From IMG/VR virus record IMGVR_UViG_3300044616_001452: a DNA stretch of 64,000 nucleotides; one strand, written 5' to 3'. Both the position numbers and the translations under genes were made by a program. The number at the start of each line of letters is the position of its first letter. Position 1 is the stretch's first letter. A model generated the notes under the pieces. That model searched no databases, was not told the origin of the DNA, and saw only the letters and a program-made list of their open reading frames with translations. This stretch comes from a virus. Shown here piece by piece: positions 61,327 to 64,000 of this stretch.

Positions 61327-62845
61327 AATAATAGTTAAAAAGAGTAACGAAGCCTACGTTAAAGTAGAGTGTGATCGTAGCACAGCACAAGAACTATCCG
61401 ACTATTTCACGTTCTTTGTTCCAGGATTTCAATTTACACCAGCTTTTAGAAATAAAATTTGGGACGGTAAGATAAGGTTGTTCGATCAAAGAAGTAATGA
61501 ACTATATCATGGGTTATATTCATTAATTGAAACATTTGCAAGTGAAAGAGATTATTCTGTAGAATACAGGGATCCACGCCCAGACCTCGTTGATGATTTT
61601 TCAGAATACTTAGCAGACAAATATATACAACAGTTAAACGCACATTCAAGAGGCCAAAAGTTAACTGTAGATTCTCATCAAAAAACTGCATTTATACATG
61701 CAATGAGAAAAAGAAGATGCTTACTACTTTCTCCGACAGCATCAGGCAAATCATTAATCATGTACATGATTGTACGCCAATTATTAGACTATCACTGCAA
61801 AAAAGGTCTGATAATTGTACCAAGAACATCTTTGGTTGAACAACTTTATTCTGATTTTGCCGACTATTCTTCAGAGAACGAATGGGATGTATCAAACACA
61901 ATACATAAAATTTACCAGGGCAAAGAAAAAACAACACAACTACCTTTGATAATAACAACTTGGCAATCAATCTATCAATTTCCTAAAGAATATTTCGAAC
62001 AATTTGATTTTGTTATAGGTGATGAAGCTCACCTTTTCAAATCACAATCGTTAACATCAATACTGACCAAGTGTATCAATGCAAAATATAGAGTAGGTTT
62101 GACAGGTAGTTTAGATGGCACTAAAACCCATAAGTTAGTTTTAGAGGGGCTTTTTGGTCTAGCCGAAAGAGTTGCCACCACAAAAGAACTGATGGACAAA
62201 AACAGACTTGCAGAGTTTGAAATCAAATGTTTGGTTCTAAAACATAATGATGAAATTTGTGAGTTAATGAAAAAAACTACGTACCAAGAAGAAATTGAAT
62301 ACCTGATATTGAATGAAACGAGAAACAAATTCATCAAAAATTTAGCGGTATCATTAAAAGGTAATACACTCATATTGTACCAATACGTTGACAAACATGG
62401 GAAAATACTATATGATCTTATCACCAATACAAAAAATATTGGTGACAGAAAAGTTTTCTTCATATATGGAAAAACAGATGTTGAAACGAGGGAGAATGTC
62501 CGCAGTATAACAGAAAAAGAAGAAAATGCAATCATTATCGCATCGTATGGTACGTTCTCTACCGGTATTAATATTAGAAATTTGCATAATGTGATTTTTG
62601 CTTCACCATCAAAGTCTAGAGTACGTAATCTTCAATCGATAGGTAGGGCACTTAGAATAGGTGATAAAAAAGAAAAAGCAATATTATATGATATAGCAGA
62701 TGATTTGAGATACAAAAACCATATGAATTATACACTCAAACATTTCGTGGAAAGAACAAAGATATATAATGAAGAGAAGTTTGTTTACAAACTCTATAAA
62801 ATAGGACTAAAAAATGGAAAGAGTTCAAGTAATCAAGTTGTATAA
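61316..62845 (+). CDS. uvsW: DNA helicase UvsW
   Basis: WDGKIRLF, SPTASGKS, GDEAHLFK, YGTFSTGINIRNLHN, LQSIGRALR. Confidence 0.96.
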   Translation: METKIIVKKSNEAYVKVECDRSTAQELSDYFTFFVPGFQFTPAFRNKIWDGKIRLFDQRSNELYHGLYSLIETFASERDYSVEYRDPRPDLVDDFSEYLADKYIQQLNAHSRGQKLTVDSHQKTAFIHAMRKRRCLLLSPTASGKSLIMYMIVRQLLDYHCKKGLIIVPRTSLVEQLYSDFADYSSENEWDVSNTIHKIYQGKEKTTQLPLIITTWQSIYQFPKEYFEQFDFVIGDEAHLFKSQSLTSILTKCINAKYRVGLTGSLDGTKTHKLVLEGLFGLAERVATTKELMDKNRLAEFEIKCLVLKHNDEICELMKKTTYQEEIEYLILNETRNKFIKNLAVSLKGNTLILYQYVDKHGKILYDLITNTKNIGDRKVFFIYGKTDVETRENVRSITEKEENAIIIASYGTFSTGINIRNLHNVIFASPSKSRVRNLQSIGRALRIGDKKEKAILYDIADDLRYKNHMNYTLKHFVERTKIYNEEKFVYKLYKIGLKNGKSSSNQVV

Positions 62846-63188
62846 TGGTGACCAAATCATTTGCTATGCCGAAGAGGAAAAAGAACAGATTGTTGTTAAA
62901 AAGCCCCTTCAATTCTTTCTAAAAATTGATAGAAGTGGTGCGCATAATATTTCAATGGACTTTTGGTTACCCTACCCAGTCACTAAATCAAATACTGCTT
63001 CTATTAAACGGGATCAGATTATTGCTGTGCTTGATCCTTCTGATGACTTTGAAGAATACTATGAGAATGCATTAGATGCTCTTGAGAAATCTAGAGAAAG
63101 TGATTCATCTTTTGAAGATGAAAATGAAGATAAGTTGAAAGTATTACTGGAGGCACTCCAGATACCTAAGGAAAGATTTATTAATTAA
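62814..63188 (+). CDS. Hypothetical protein (possible Sm-like fold) between uvsW and gp55
   Basis: VIKLYNGDQII..WLPY pattern; usual position in this phage group. Confidence 0.6.
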   Translation: MERVQVIKLYNGDQIICYAEEEKEQIVVKKPLQFFLKIDRSGAHNISMDFWLPYPVTKSNTASIKRDQIIAVLDPSDDFEEYYENALDALEKSRESDSSFEDENEDKLKVLLEALQIPKERFIN

Positions 63189-63246
63189 CATGCAGAGGGT
63201 ACATAGTGGAGTGTAGACCTTTGTCAAGTGGAAATCAATACTTATT

Positions 63247-63795
63247 ATGGTGAACAATATGACAAATACCAAAAAACATTACATAAACAATGCTGATTTT
63301 TGCAAAGCATTGGTCGATTACAAAGAAGCGGTAGCTCTTGCAAAAAAAGAGAGACAACCAAAACCTATTATTCCAAATTACATTGGTGAGTGTTTCATGA
63401 AGATTGCTGAAGGGCTTTCTCACAAACCAAACTTCATCAACTATACCTATCGTGATGAAATGATCGCAGATGGTATTGAAAACTGTCTGATGTATTTTGA
63501 AAACTTTGACCCTCAAAAATCCAATAACGCATTTGCCTATTTTACTCAAATCATATATTATGCTTTTCTCAGGAGAATACAGAAAGAGAAAAAACAACTC
63601 TATGTCAAATACAAATCAACTGAAAATTTTGGTATTCTAGATGAGTCTGAACTCATGGGTTTCGATGAAATTAATTCCAAACCATTTGAACTGTACGACA
63701 ATATATCAGAGTTTATTGAAAATTTCGAAGAGACCAAAAAGAAAAAGAAAATCGTGAAAAAAGAAAAGGGTATTGAAAAATTTCTTGAAGACTAA
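63247..63795 (+). CDS. gp55: Late-transcription sigma factor gp55
   Basis: HYINNADF, YIGECFMKIAEGLSHKPNFINYTYRDEMIADGIENC, AFAYFTQIIYYAFLRRIQKEKKQ. The start may be ATG 63259. Confidence 0.96.
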   Translation: MVNNMTNTKKHYINNADFCKALVDYKEAVALAKKERQPKPIIPNYIGECFMKIAEGLSHKPNFINYTYRDEMIADGIENCLMYFENFDPQKSNNAFAYFTQIIYYAFLRRIQKEKKQLYVKYKSTENFGILDESELMGFDEINSKPFELYDNISEFIENFEETKKKKKIVKKEKGIEKFLED

Positions 63796-63797
63796 TT

Positions 63798-64000
63798 ATG
63801 AAAATAGCATTGATAACTGACCAGCACTTCGGTGCAAGAAACGATTCACTTCATTTCCTAGATTTCTATGAAAAATTTTATAATCTTTTTTTCTTAGAAA
63901 TCGATGATAGAGGTATCGACACCGTTGTAATATTGGGAGACACATTCGACCGTCGCAAGTATGTAAACTTTTATACCTTGCAGAGGTCAAAGAAAATGTT
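63798..64000 (+). CDS. gp47: Recombination endonuclease subunit gp47 (Mre11/SbcD-like), 3'-truncated
   Basis: Manual translation MKIALITDQHFGARNDS...VILGDTFDRRKYVNF shows the DxH and GD metallophosphoesterase motifs. Confidence 0.92.
   Translation, partial: MKIALITDQHFGARNDSLHFLDFYEKFYNLFFLEIDDRGIDTVVILGDTFDRRKYVNFYTLQRSKKM

Noticed and set aside
63796-63990. Minus-strand 64-aa ORF
   Set aside because: It is antisense to the clear gp47 start on the + strand.
1-64000. Stop-codon reassignment
   Set aside because: Core genes translate full-length under the standard code and end in TAA, TGA or TAG.

Overview
This AT-rich 64 kb segment comes from a large T4-like myovirus with cyanophage/pelagiphage-type gene order. 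All credible genes are on the + strand. In order, the window holds baseplate/hub genes (gp48, gp53, hub, split gp5, gp25, gp6, gp7, gp8, a 2170-aa VrlC-like protein) and a ~21 kb fibre/adhesin island (repeat-rich and collagen fibres, fibrinogen-like, LamG and Gly-rich proteins). Next comes a late-promoter-driven cassette of three glycosyltransferase-like genes, a sulfotransferase and an APS-kinase/ATP-sulfurylase-like fusion. The neck/packaging/tail/head core follows (gp13-gp23, gp3), then uvsY, uvsW, gp55 and the start of gp47. The main observations are: (1) a self-contained glycosylation + PAPS-synthesis + sulfation cassette inside the virion gene block, probably a virion-decorating system; (2) a two-strand, synonymous-site GGAC[A/G/T]->GGGC bias that looks like the footprint of a DNA modification/patch-repair system; (3) near-identical collagen DNA shared between separate fibre genes, and recurring terminal motifs that may act as docking pairs between fibre modules. 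All calls come from motif recognition and synteny; no searches were run. No tRNA, CRISPR array, intron or mobile element was seen.
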